Both the position numbers and the translations under genes were made by a program. A DNA stretch of 63,393 nt, the filler included, from Choristocarpus tenellus KU-1152 (taxonomy: Eukaryota > Protista > Phaeophyceae), in assembly GCA_964200185.2 (NCBI GenBank). It is 9 parts of 9 records of this genome, joined end to end, with 100 filler letters (N's around TTAATTAATTAA, not from the genome) between each part and the next. Parts side by side here need not be neighbours in the genome. Positions count along the whole stretch, not along the records: positions 25,236 to 32,690 come from CAXNAD020006131.1; positions 32,791 to 39,071 come from CAXNAD020008487.1; 7 more parts are not named here. One strand, given 5' to 3'. The notes beneath the pieces are model-generated. The model worked only from the letters and a program-made list of their open reading frames with translations, was not told the DNA's origin and ran no database searches. Of the stretch, positions 27,261-37,752 are shown one piece after another. Numbering within the stretch: position 1 is the stretch's first letter; each line of letters begins with the position of its first letter.

Positions 27261-28034
27261 GTCCAACTACATGATAACAAGAATAAAATCTTCCCCGAAT
27301 GGTACATAAAGAGATTTTAGCTTGGACTTCAAAATGGCTCTATCCGTAATCCCGTTGTAGCGCCTATTTAAAGTCCACCCAGAGCAAGGAACGCTTGGAG
27401 GAGATGGCAGGATGTTGAGAATTGATCCGAAGAAAGTGATAGAGGATGTACACCTCATTGGTGGTCCACTTATTCCACGGATGGACTGCTTCCTGTACCT
27501 CAGACCTGCCATCACTCTTCACAAGAACATTGATGGTCACCCATAAAGCATGACAACATTCAAGTGGGAGGTAAGCAGTTGGTACAGAGGAATATAAGAC
27601 ATGAAGTGGAAGTGCTGCAAGAGGAATGAGGTGTAGAAGAAGTCACCTGTCACCTGTCGAACCCCACAAATATGCGCCGTCAAATTTATTCCATTTTATT
27701 TTTCCATTTATTGCACACACCCATTCCTTTTGCTTTCCATCTGAACTTGTGACATCATTCCTTCTCCTCATTTGGTTCTTCTCTCTTTCATACCACTCTC
27801 TCTCCAATCTTTTGACTTTCTTCCACAATCTTCCATGTCCTATGTGACCTCTTTTTTTCTTGTTCTTTGGCCACACTGAGGTGATGGATCTAGAAAACAA
27901 ATTACTTCAACCCATCATCGAAGCACAGAAGACTCTCGAAGGGGAGTATATATGTGTCAATGTCTCTATCCCCTTTTTATATATCCCTGTGACATAAGAG
28001 TGGAACTCAAGAAAGAGCAGTGCAGTGTACCACT

Positions 28035-28422
28035 GGAGATCCCCTGTCTTCAGGGGTCCCCACTATACTTGGGGAACCCCGCTGCTGTCGTACGTTTTGG
28101 ATTTATTAGGGTTATTTTCACGTACACGTTAGGATGAAGGGTAGGGTTGGGGTTAGGGTTGGAGTTAGATTCTTGAAAAAGAGTGTGAAAAAGTAAAAGG
28201 TGGTGGATCCTTGAGAGGTTGTGGTTCACCAGTGAACACAATACTCCTTCACCACTTCTTCTATAATGTTTTCTTGACTGGATAGGGATTTTTTCACACA
28301 CACAGGTTAGGGTTAGGGTTAGAGATAGGATTAGGTATTCAAAATGCGTGCGAAGAAGTGAAAGAAGCATGACAGTAGGGGTTTCCCGAGGACAGTGGGC
28401 TTCCCGAAGACAGGGGATCTCC
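28035..28422. mobile_element. Inverted-repeat element (~390 bp) with internal telomere-like GGGTTA tracts
   Basis: gagatcccctgtcttcaggggtccccactatacttggggaacccc (28036-) is an imperfect reverse complement of ggggtttcccgaggacagtgggcttcccgaagacaggggatctc (-28421); ttagggttagggtt lies inside. Confidence 0.6.
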
Positions 28423-28652
28423 CCTGAGCACTGAAGCAGTGCAAGTCTCCAGTGGCTTCGTAGTCGCCACCCCTGAACAGGCAAAAGGGCAGGATGCTGT
28501 ATGTCATGGCACAAGTGAAATGTTTTCCTTTGTGAACCACTTTGGTACATGGAGGGATGTTGTCCAGTACTCAGGGCGAGAACAGGCACCCCAGCAGGTT
28601 TCGGCGGAAGCACGTCCTGGCTACCTGACTGGACCCCAGAATCATATCATTT

Positions 28653-28906
28653 GAGTGAAAGTATCTTAGAGGGTACAAGTTTTTCCCTCCTTGTCCATTT
28701 GGGACTTGGCTTCCCATGGGTTTATTATGGCATCTTCCTAATCCGAAATGTTTCGGAGTAGGTAAAATGTATACCTTATGAAAAGCCGTGTTCGGAACAA
28801 CAATATTGACACTTCCTAAACACAACAGCCAAAATTAGATCAAAATCGCAACATTGGATTTTGACCCCGAATGGACGCGGCTCTACCCTCTAAGATACTT
28901 TGACTC
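28653..28906 (-). mobile_element. MITE family A copy
   Basis: TIRs GAGTGAAAGTATCTTAGAGGGTA / TACCCTCTAAGATACTTTGACTC; 4-bp TSD ATTT. Confidence 0.92.
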
Positions 28907-30649
28907 ATTTTAGAATTCAAGAGAAGAATGAGTATGAAGACATTTGGAGGCAGGTGGAGTTGCAAGTTCTAGAAATTGTTGAGGAGGAGTACAGAGCATA
29001 CACAGGAGGAAGAAAACAATTGGTCCAGTGATGAAACCAAGCCCACATCTATGTCCTGGCCCATCTTGAGAGGGGGTAGTCGTCCCATTATAGGAACAGG
29101 GGGCTCGTACACGGCTTCTTTGTAATGTATGTGGGGAGTTCTGCTTTTGGTGGTGGTGAGGTACTGGATGGGACGCACGGCCAGAGAGCACATGGAGGGA
29201 ACAGACCACGTAGAGGTCAGCCTCCAAGGTTGAAAGTGGGCTTCCAATTATTGATATGGACAAATATAACTTAGAGCAGCCCCGTCAATCAAGTGGTGTC
29301 GGGAAAAGAGCTCAAAACTGGGCAAACATACTATCAAGATTATCTATATTCATGAGGGAAAATGCCTATTAAGGAAACAATCAGTTGTTAGATCATTAGA
29401 GTGTCGTTGGAGATCTGTTGGAGAACTGTTGGAGAACTGTTGGAGAACTGGATAGTTGATAGTAATCTTTCTGTTGAGTGATTAAGAGAACAATATTTGG
29501 GTTATTGCAGTATCACAAGAAGCATCCTGGAGAAGGAATGTTATAGCAAGTAACAAAGATTGAGTGATGAGTTATTGGTGATCAGGGATGAGCGAAAGGT
29601 TTATCACCCCCCCCGCTTGGATGGTGTTTCTCACTCCAACTTCCTACCTACTACAATATAACTGAGAAGGAATTAATCTACATATTTCAACATCAAGACT
29701 TGGGATTCTACACATTCTTTAACACACGCCTCTCGCACTTTCGCCCTTCCTGCGACACAAGCAGACTCAGAGCGCATGATCTCAACAACTGATAGTATTG
29801 CTACCTCAAAATGGAACGGGCTGGACTCAGATAATGTCACAGTTTTGTTGTCTTCCTTTGCAACACAAGGGTGAAAGTAGACGCATATTAGGCTGCCAAG
29901 AAAAACAGCAGAAAGGTTGTCACCTAGTGACTGGCATCAGGAATGTGTAGGTACACTTAAAATATGATATCTCGTGCACTAACAGGCAAAAGATGTAAAA
30001 AACGTTCACTACGAAGCTCAATACATCATTTCCTCTTGACAACTCTTGAAAGGTCTCTTAGTCTTCTTCAAAACATGTATCACACCTGTAAAATTCTCTC
30101 GAACATCACACCAAAGCGTATATAGTAGTGGGAAAAGATCTCAGGAATGAAAAGTACCAGACAGGTTTCGCCTCTTCAGGGCCCCCACACTATCTGGGGG
30201 TCCTTTTCCCTCCCGGTCCTGAGGACTTCTCAACACTCTGCCACGCTAAGCGCACTGACTATAATTGAGTACATCGAATTTCTCCACATATGGGACAAAT
30301 CAAATCGTACAAATCAATTTCCGACAAATGGATGGTCCTTCTGGTCATAAATATGAGTTGTGCGCTTTTGAAACATCCGCACAAAGGAAAGATTTTGGAG
30401 TTAAATATTTGAATATGGATCCGAATCATTTGTGACCCCTGAAAAGGTAACAGTTGTCTCTAAATGTGAAAATTATCTCTCCAAAACCTATTTACTGTTT
30501 TTATTTTTATGCCCCTTAACATTTTGTAGATGTGTGCCTATCTGTACGCGAAGAATGAGTGATACCAGCAAATATTTGTACACGTTTTAAAAACTTAAAA
30601 CATGAGTGGTGGTACCGATACGCGAAGTGAGGGTGTGACAAAGGGTTTC

Positions 30650-32165
30650 TCCGCCTAGAGACCCACCAAGTACAGGCATAGATGCCACAAGTGCGGGGGG
30701 TTGGGTCTCTCCTTTGTGAAGCATCGCCAACATGAGGCCTTCGTAGGATCACTAGTGGCCACTCTTGAGCCAAAGTACCTTAAGAGGGTAGAGCCGCGTC
30801 CATTTGGGGGCCAAAATTCAATGTTGTGATTCTGATGTAATCTTCGCTATCGAGTTTGTTAGGAAGTATCAATATCCTTGTTCCGAGCCCACCTTTTCGT
30901 AACTTACACATTTTACCTACTCCGAAAAAATTTGAAGTAGGAAAATGTCGTAAAAACCCCAAGGGAAGCAAAGCCCCAAATGGACGAACAGGGCAAAACT
31001 CATACCCTCTAAGATACTTTCACTCTCTTCCCACCCTCCTAGCAAGGAAGCAAGGGCCTCATGCTCATGGCGAAGTCCTTCTCACAAGCCATCTGTGCGA
31101 GCCCCACAGTACGGGCCCAGGGATCATCCATTCACACTTTCCTCTCTACAGAAGTCCCCTCAGAAGACCTAGTGGAAATTATTGGCCAAGGCTAGGTAAC
31201 CTGGGGGGGAACAACATTCCCCACACTGGCCCCAGAGGTTCACACTCTGGCAGCTCATGACGCCAGGATTATAATGAGGGCACAACACAAGATCACCTGC
31301 CTCCTGAACAGGATCCGCTTTGACTCTTTTCGGACGCAACTGGCCGCCTTACCTGATGAAGTAGAACAAGGGAAGGAAAGTTTCTTGCTAGCCCTGGCAC
31401 GCCACCGGAGTCAGTGTGGACAAAGGGTAAATGCATGGACCTCAACACAACCCATGGAGCCGGTATGCCAGATACCTCCCGTTGAGTTTAAACTTAACTA
31501 CCAGCACATCCCTAGGGAGAGAGGAGGCCCTATCGAACAGGTGTCCGGTGACTGATTGCAGGAGACAAAATGTAGATACCAGACATGCCTGCACCTGCCC
31601 TAGGGTAGGAGGGCAGATTCGCCGACAAACACCGATGATGAAGCGTCTGGGGCAACTTGGCAAAGGAATGGGCATCCCCTGCACTATGGAGGACGGCAGT
31701 CCATTTCCTGTATATAGGAATTTCCGTATGGATCTGGTCTTCCATGCTGGTGCACTCGCGTATGCCGGATCAGCTCCCTACTAAGGCAAATGGCTCCTCC
31801 TGGACGTTACGTTTGCAGAAGTGCAGGCAGCATCTTACCTGCCACACTCATCCATCAGCAATGGTTCAGCTGCTGCTGCAGCTGAGACATGAAAGTGCAC
31901 CCACTACAAGGACTATTTTGATTCTTGTAGTAATAACATCAACACCTTCGTGGTGGAAAGTTTTGGGCGCCTCTGTAAGCAAGCAGAAAGTTTTCTGGAT
32001 GAGCTAGCTACGCATGCGGTAGGGGGGAGAGGGACGGGAGGCTATAGAAGGAAAGGGGCAGTTAAATCCCGCCTACGACAAATAGTCTCTGTTACAACAA
32101 AGGTGGCTCTGTCTAGACTTGTCATGTGTTTTAAGCTAATAATCCCGGGGATTGCAAGCTGTTAG
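30650..32165 (+). mobile_element. 5'-truncated, degenerate CRE-like non-LTR retrotransposon (end of RT region, zinc finger, restriction-like endonuclease), interrupted by a family A MITE
   Basis: RGLGLS...EAFVGSLVATL|PTLL, then C..DCRRQNVDTRHACTC (CCHC-type), RMDLVF...LLLDVT...KCTHY...FVVESFGRL (RLE-type motifs). Scattered stops. Confidence 0.75.
30767..31025 (+). mobile_element. MITE family A copy inserted in the CRE-like ORF
   Basis: TIRs present; 4-bp TSD TCTT; removing element plus one TSD restores ATL-PTL in frame. Confidence 0.92.
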
Positions 32166-32243
32166 ACTACTTGATGAGGTTTCACCCAAGAGTTGCTATC
32201 GCTCTAGTTGATGAAATTGGTGGGACAGTTACTAATGTGACGT

Positions 32244-32520
32244 GAGTCAAAGTATCCTAGAGGGTAGAGTCGCGTCCATTAGGGGCCAAAATCCAGTGTT
32301 GCGATTTTGGTGCAATCTTGGTCAACGTGTTTGTTAGGAAGTGTCAACATCCTTGTTCCAGACATATGTATGATGATACCTACTCCAAAGCGTATACATT
32401 TTACCTACTCCGAAACATTTCGGAATAGGAAAATGTCATAAAAAATAAAAACCCCATGGGAAGCCAAGCCCCAAACCGACAAACAGGGCAAAACTCGTAC
32501 CCTCTACGATACTTTCAATG
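32244..32520 (+). mobile_element. MITE family A copy; another A left end at 32664-32690 is cut by the spacer
   Basis: gagtcaaagtatcctagagggta ... taccctctacgatactttcaatg; 4-bp TSD ACGT. Confidence 0.9.
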
Positions 32521-32567
32521 ACGTTGCGTATCCCGACGGCGTCTTTAGCCTTTTGACAGACGTGTGA

Positions 32568-32640
32568 GACCATAGCGAAATTCGATCCTCAGAGAGTAAC
32601 GTTTGTTAGAAACATTACTAAACCTCTGAGCTACCGAGTC
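32568..32640 (-). pseudogene. Degenerate tRNA-like sequence (tRNA pseudogene or SINE head, possibly Val-AAC derived)
   Basis: 73 nt on minus strand: GACTCGGTAGCTCAGAGG (A-box-like) ... CTAACA loop ... GGATCGAATTTCG (B-box-like) ... TGGTC. Stems pair only partly. Confidence 0.35.
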
Positions 32641-33399
32641 GGCTGACTACCTCTTCGGTAGACGAGTCAAAGTATCTTAGAGGGTAGGAGNNNNNNNNNN
32701 NNNNNNNNNNNNNNNNNNNNNNNNNNNNNNNNNNTTAATTAATTAANNNNNNNNNNNNNNNNNNNNNNNNNNNNNNNNNNNNNNNNNNNNCCCTGGTGTA
32801 GACCCTCCCCCCCTCCCCCAGATACAGATACTTTGGTCCTTGTAATACGGTTGGGTAAGGTGCTGTGTGTGATGGTAATTCCCGCGCGTTTGGCCACTTG
32901 CTGTTTCTGCATTATCTTTGGAAAGGTTGTATGGGGTAAGATGGAGTCAGTATCTAGCAATAACTTTGTATGATGTCATTTAAACACTGCTGAGGTCTCT
33001 GGAGTACCCACACTCCTGATACGTGAGTTTTGAGGCTATCCAAGTTCAAGTCCCAATGTAGAAAACTGTTGATAGAGCCCCACAAGAATGTGAGATTCTT
33101 TTGTTCTTTTTGCTGAAAAAGGAGATATGCTGGATATGACGTCACTGTTCTGAGGTTCTGAGGCACAGGAGAAGGCGGAGTTCCGTTCCCCTTTTTCTTG
33201 AGCAAGGGGTCCTTAGTAGTGGGGTTTGTGTAAGGGAGTCCAGTGTAACAATTAGTCTGCCTGCACTTTGTGACATTTACATTTTTATGTTATTTACCAC
33301 TTTTGTAGTACTGTATGGATACTAACAAACTGTAACCTGGAGGTAATAAAGTAGATGATCAGTTCTTTCAGTGTATGAAGGCTTGCAAACCATGCAGTG

Positions 33400-36085
33400 T
33401 ATGTTTCCGCTCAAGTCACTATGACAATGTTACTACATGGACTGGTTGCTAGCTGTGTGAAACGGTCAAGCAGTAGTTGCAGATCCATTCAAGCCATATG
33501 TAACTGACTCTTGTGCTGATCTCTTCAACATGTTGCCACTCAAGTCACCATTGGTAACTACTGATTGGGACGGTTATTTGGCATGTGAAATGGGCAGACA
33601 GCATTTTTGGATCCAAGTCATATGTAACCAGCACATGTGCAAAACTCTTCAACATGTTGCTGCACAAGTCATTATGAACATCATTTAGATACGAGGCAAC
33701 TGTTTGACTTGTGAAACCGTCAAACAGCAGTTTTAGATCCATCCCAGCCATGTACCACCAACACATGTGCAATAGGCTTCAAATTGTTGCCACTCAAGTC
33801 ACCATTGACCCGAACCAACTGAGAGGCAGGCTTGGACCCTTTCGTATTTTTAGCCATCTCTTTCCCTGCGCAAGACTCCATTTCATTGCTCTTAGTGCAC
33901 AATAATGGCGCAAAATTGATACTCCCCCACTCCACACACAAAGTGACACCACAGTTAAGCAAAGACTCTGCAATTGTACAAAATGACACTTTTTCCCTCT
34001 TTCTTGGGATCCTCAAAATGCAACCCTGCCTACCTCTAAGTTGTTTTGGCTTGTTGATATGTCATGGATTGAAACTCTCAAACATGTTGCCCCTCGAGTC
34101 ACCATTGACATCTTGTTGTCATTGGGTCATTTGTGCGGCATGTGAAACGGTCAAACAGCAGTCGTAGATCCAAGTAATTTGTAGCGGACACACTTGTCAA
34201 AAATTCTTTAACATTTTGCCGTTCAAGTCGCTATTGTTATCTTATAGGTGTGGGATGGTTGTTTGGCGTGTGAAATGGTCAAGACAGTATTTTTTGTTCC
34301 GTGCAAGCCATGTGTAGCCAACCCTTGCTATAGATATTTCAACCTGCTGCCGCTCAAGTCCCTATTGATATCTTCTGGATAAGTAGCAGTTGTTTGGCGT
34401 GTGAAACGGTCAAACAACAGTCTTCAATCCATCCAAGCCATGTGTATCTGACACTTATGCAAATATATACTTCAAGATATTGCTGCTAAAGCCAACATTG
34501 TTACGTTATACATATGGGACTGTTCAAACTCGGCACTTCATCCATAGAAATATGGGTCAATTGCAAAAGATTAAAAAACTGGCTTATATGCAAAATGACC
34601 CAAAATTGTGTATCTCTCACTAACATTGGCTCAGCAATTTTAGATCTTTCAAAGTCATGTGTAGCCGATACTTGTGCAAATACTTCAACATGCTGTACAA
34701 GACGCTATCAGCATCTCATGGATTAGGGGAAGTTGTTCTGCCTCTGAAACGGTAAAACAGCAGTTTGAGACCCTCCTAGGTAATGTGTAACCCACATTTG
34801 TGCAAAATATTTCAACATGTTGCTGCTCAAATCACCATTGGTATCTTTTGGATCTAGGGCAGTTGTTCGGTGTCTGAGAAACGGCCAATAAAGGTCTTAG
34901 ATCCGTCCAAGCCAGTGCAACCAATACTTGCGCAAAATTATTGAACTTATCTCTGCTCAAGTTACCATTCATATCTTAAGGATTTGGGGTAGTTGTTGGG
35001 TGTGATAAACGGTCAAACAGGAGTTTTAGATCCGTCCCAGCCATTTGTAACCAACGCTTGTGCAAGATACCTCAACATGTTGCCGCTCGAGTCATTATTA
35101 GTAATTTGTAGATTGGGGGATTTGTTTGGATTGTGAAGCGGTCAAACAGCAGTTCTGGATCCAACCATGCCATACTTAACGGTCACTTATGCAAAATATG
35201 CTTGACATGTTGCTGCTCAAGGCACCATTGACATCTTACGTATATGAGGCAGTTTGGTGACTGCGAAAAAGTTAGTGGTTTTGGATCCATTTTAGCTGGA
35301 AGTTACTGACACTTCCATAAGTTCCTATACAATGTTGCCGCTTACATGACCATTGGCATGTTATGGATATGGGGCAGTTAGTGGTTGGGAGAAACTGTCA
35401 AACAGCAGTTTTATATCCACCCAAGCCATGTGTAACTGATGCTTTCTCAATAGCCTTCAATATGTGGCCGCTCAAGTCACCATTGGTCTCTTTTGAATAT
35501 AGGACAGTTTTCATGCTTTTGAAAAAGTCAACGATCTTTTTTGTATCCATGAAATATATGAGTTCCTGATACTGATGCAAAGTACTTCAAAATGTTGTCG
35601 CACAGGTCACCGTTGGTATCTTGAAGATATGGGGCAACTATTGAGTGAGTGAAACTGTCAGAATTTTTTTTTGAAGGATTCAACCCATGTGTAACTGAAC
35701 TCTTCTTGCAAGGTACTCTAAAATGTAGCCGGTCAAGTCATGATAACTATCTTATGGGTATGGGCAGATAATGGGTACTGAATCGGTCAAAAAATAGTCT
35801 TTGATTCATCCAAGTTATGTGTAACTGACACTCAAGCAAGAGGACTTGTAATGTAGCCACTCAAGTAATCAGTGGTCGAACAACAGGTTTGGTACCGTCC
35901 AACCTATCTGTAGCTGACACCTATTCTTCAAAAGATAGCCTCTCAATCACCGTTGGTATCTTTCGGATTTGGGGCAGATTTTTTGCGTGTAGAACTGTCA
36001 AACAACAGTCTTGGATTCATCCAAGCCATATGTAACTGACTCTTGCTTAAATTACTTCAAAATGTTGCCACGCAAGTCACCACAG
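33400..36085. repeat. Degenerate ~130-bp tandem repeat array (about 19-20 units) with two internal insertions
   Basis: The ctcaagtcaccattg-like motif recurs at ~33410, 33539, 33665, 33794, 34095, 34223, 34353, ... 34826, 34956, 35086, 35216, 35341, 35471, 35601, 35733, 35860, 36071. The unit also contains gtgaaacggtcaaacagcagttttagatccatccaagccatgtgtaac. Confidence 0.92.
33807..34052. mobile_element. ~245-bp MITE inserted in the 130-bp array
   Basis: Left end cccgaaccaactgagaggcaggc and right end gcctacctctaagttgttttggc are imperfect inverted repeats; the insert breaks the array periodicity. Confidence 0.6.
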
Positions 36086-36538
36086 GTAAACTATTCATCA
36101 TTCCATCTCTTCCATTCAATCTTGTTGTCTTGGACCACCTCTCATTTTCCGCCACGATCTTGATCCGGCGTTTTTGTGGTAAAGCTAGAGAGAGTATGTA
36201 ATAGTTCAGGTTGGTACAAGGTTGGTACAAGGTTGGTTCAACAAATAGGTGTACAATCCATTGTGCTTGCCGCTTTTAATTAGATCATTTGAATCAGAAT
36301 TCCTTGAAAAGAAGTCTGACATTGAAGGGGTTCGAACCAGCGAAATTCATATGAGTATTATCACCACTTTTAGAGATGAAACACTACAAAATAAATGTGT
36401 TGTATACATCAAATCACTATGGGGGAACTACAGAGTGAAGGTGCGGTGCCACGGAGCGCGTATGTCACAAGTTTGCATTTCTAACACAGATCATGATCAT
36501 GATTCAGTTTGGGCATTTCGCCCCATCTCATCTCCCTC

Positions 36539-37752
36539 ATGGCGAAAGGGTGGTTGTTGATACTTGTACCCATCTTCTTTGGTAGTGTAGCCAATGCCTT
36601 TGTCGTTCCTTGTGCGCCATCGTCTGGGGCAAGAGCAAGAGCAACAAGATGGCCTCATGCCATCCATGGCACCAAGTCTTGGTCACCCTTACCTCTTCGC
36701 TGGCAGGGTCGGGTTTTGGCGTCTTCAAGTTTAGATGCTGGAGATAAGAGATCAGTTGATACGAAAGCGATTCCAGAAGATGAGGCAGATGTTGTGGTCA
36801 TCGGTAGTGGCATATCTGGGTAAGAGAGCAAGATCCGAGTTCACCTTTGTCTTCACTCTGTTGCAAACTTGCTTGCCAGGGTGGACGCATTTGGCGGCCC
36901 TTTTGATTCGTGCGTAAACGAGATGTGCTCCCTTCCTATATTTTTCTCGGAGTTGGGTCTTAACTGGTTGTGTTTGAAGTCTGTTTTTGGTGACTCTTAC
37001 TCAAAATACTAATTCGGTTGGAAGGACTATCAGTTGTGACACATGAAGCAAATGATGTGAGTATGGATCTGCGAATGGGTCTAATATGTTCCACACGACA
37101 TGAAATTAGGCTATTGGTAGGTTAAATGGGTTATCATACAATGGTAGCTTAAGCCATGAGTTGATGGTTTCGGCGAAGTGTTATACCCGGATACACTCGA
37201 GAGTAACTTATCATTGGGCACAGAAGCATATTGGGCTTCGCGTGTATTCAACCTTGTAGCCGAGAAACGTCTTTCCCGCTCTTGCATATTACTCAATTTT
37301 GCACCCATAGTGGTGGTGCATATCCTTAGATGGTCCCACGTTAGGGTATGGCATAGTCGGTGCTGGAAACACTGGATATTCCTTTGAACAGTCGAGACAC
37401 GTGCGATTCGTCGATAATTTCGCTGAATCTGTACTTGTTTCTAAGCAAGCCCATTTAGTATATCGAGGGTGCTCCTGTACGAAAATGCAGTCGTTCTTAG
37501 CGCTTCGGATGCTCAACATCTACGCGTCCAGTGCACCCGACCACCTTCCATAACCTCTGGGCATACCGCTTCTGTATTTGCCGTGTCATGATCTCTCCTC
37601 CGCCCTCATCTGCAGGCTCTGTGCGGCTGCATTACTGGCAACTTACGGTAAGAAAGTGATTGTTTGTGAATCTCACACTCAAGCAGGAGGATGTGCCCAT
37701 GGATTTGAACGAGGTGGTTACAAGTTTGACTCCGGTCCATCCCTTTTTTCAG
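36539..37752 (+). CDS. Plastid-targeted FAD-dependent carotenoid isomerase (CRTISO)/phytoene-desaturase-family protein, 5' part (exons 36539-36819, 37616-37752)
   Basis: Signal peptide with ANA-F cleavage motif, then transit peptide; Rossmann motif DVVVIGSGISG|LCAAALLATYGKKVIVCESHTQAGGCAHGFERGGYKFDSGPSLFS. The phase-2 intron is consistent. Further exons not found before the spacer. Confidence 0.88.

Noticed and set aside
29337-29615. Possible LTR with polypurine tract on the minus strand
   Set aside because: A G-run followed by TG is present, but no second LTR, TSD or adjacent pol motif could be confirmed.
33400-36085. 130-bp array as a repeat-protein ORF or tandem exon-intron units
   Set aside because: The unit is not a multiple of 3 and stops occur in all frames. 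The apparent minus-strand GT...AG would give ~45-nt introns and ~85-nt exons, unlike the introns seen here.
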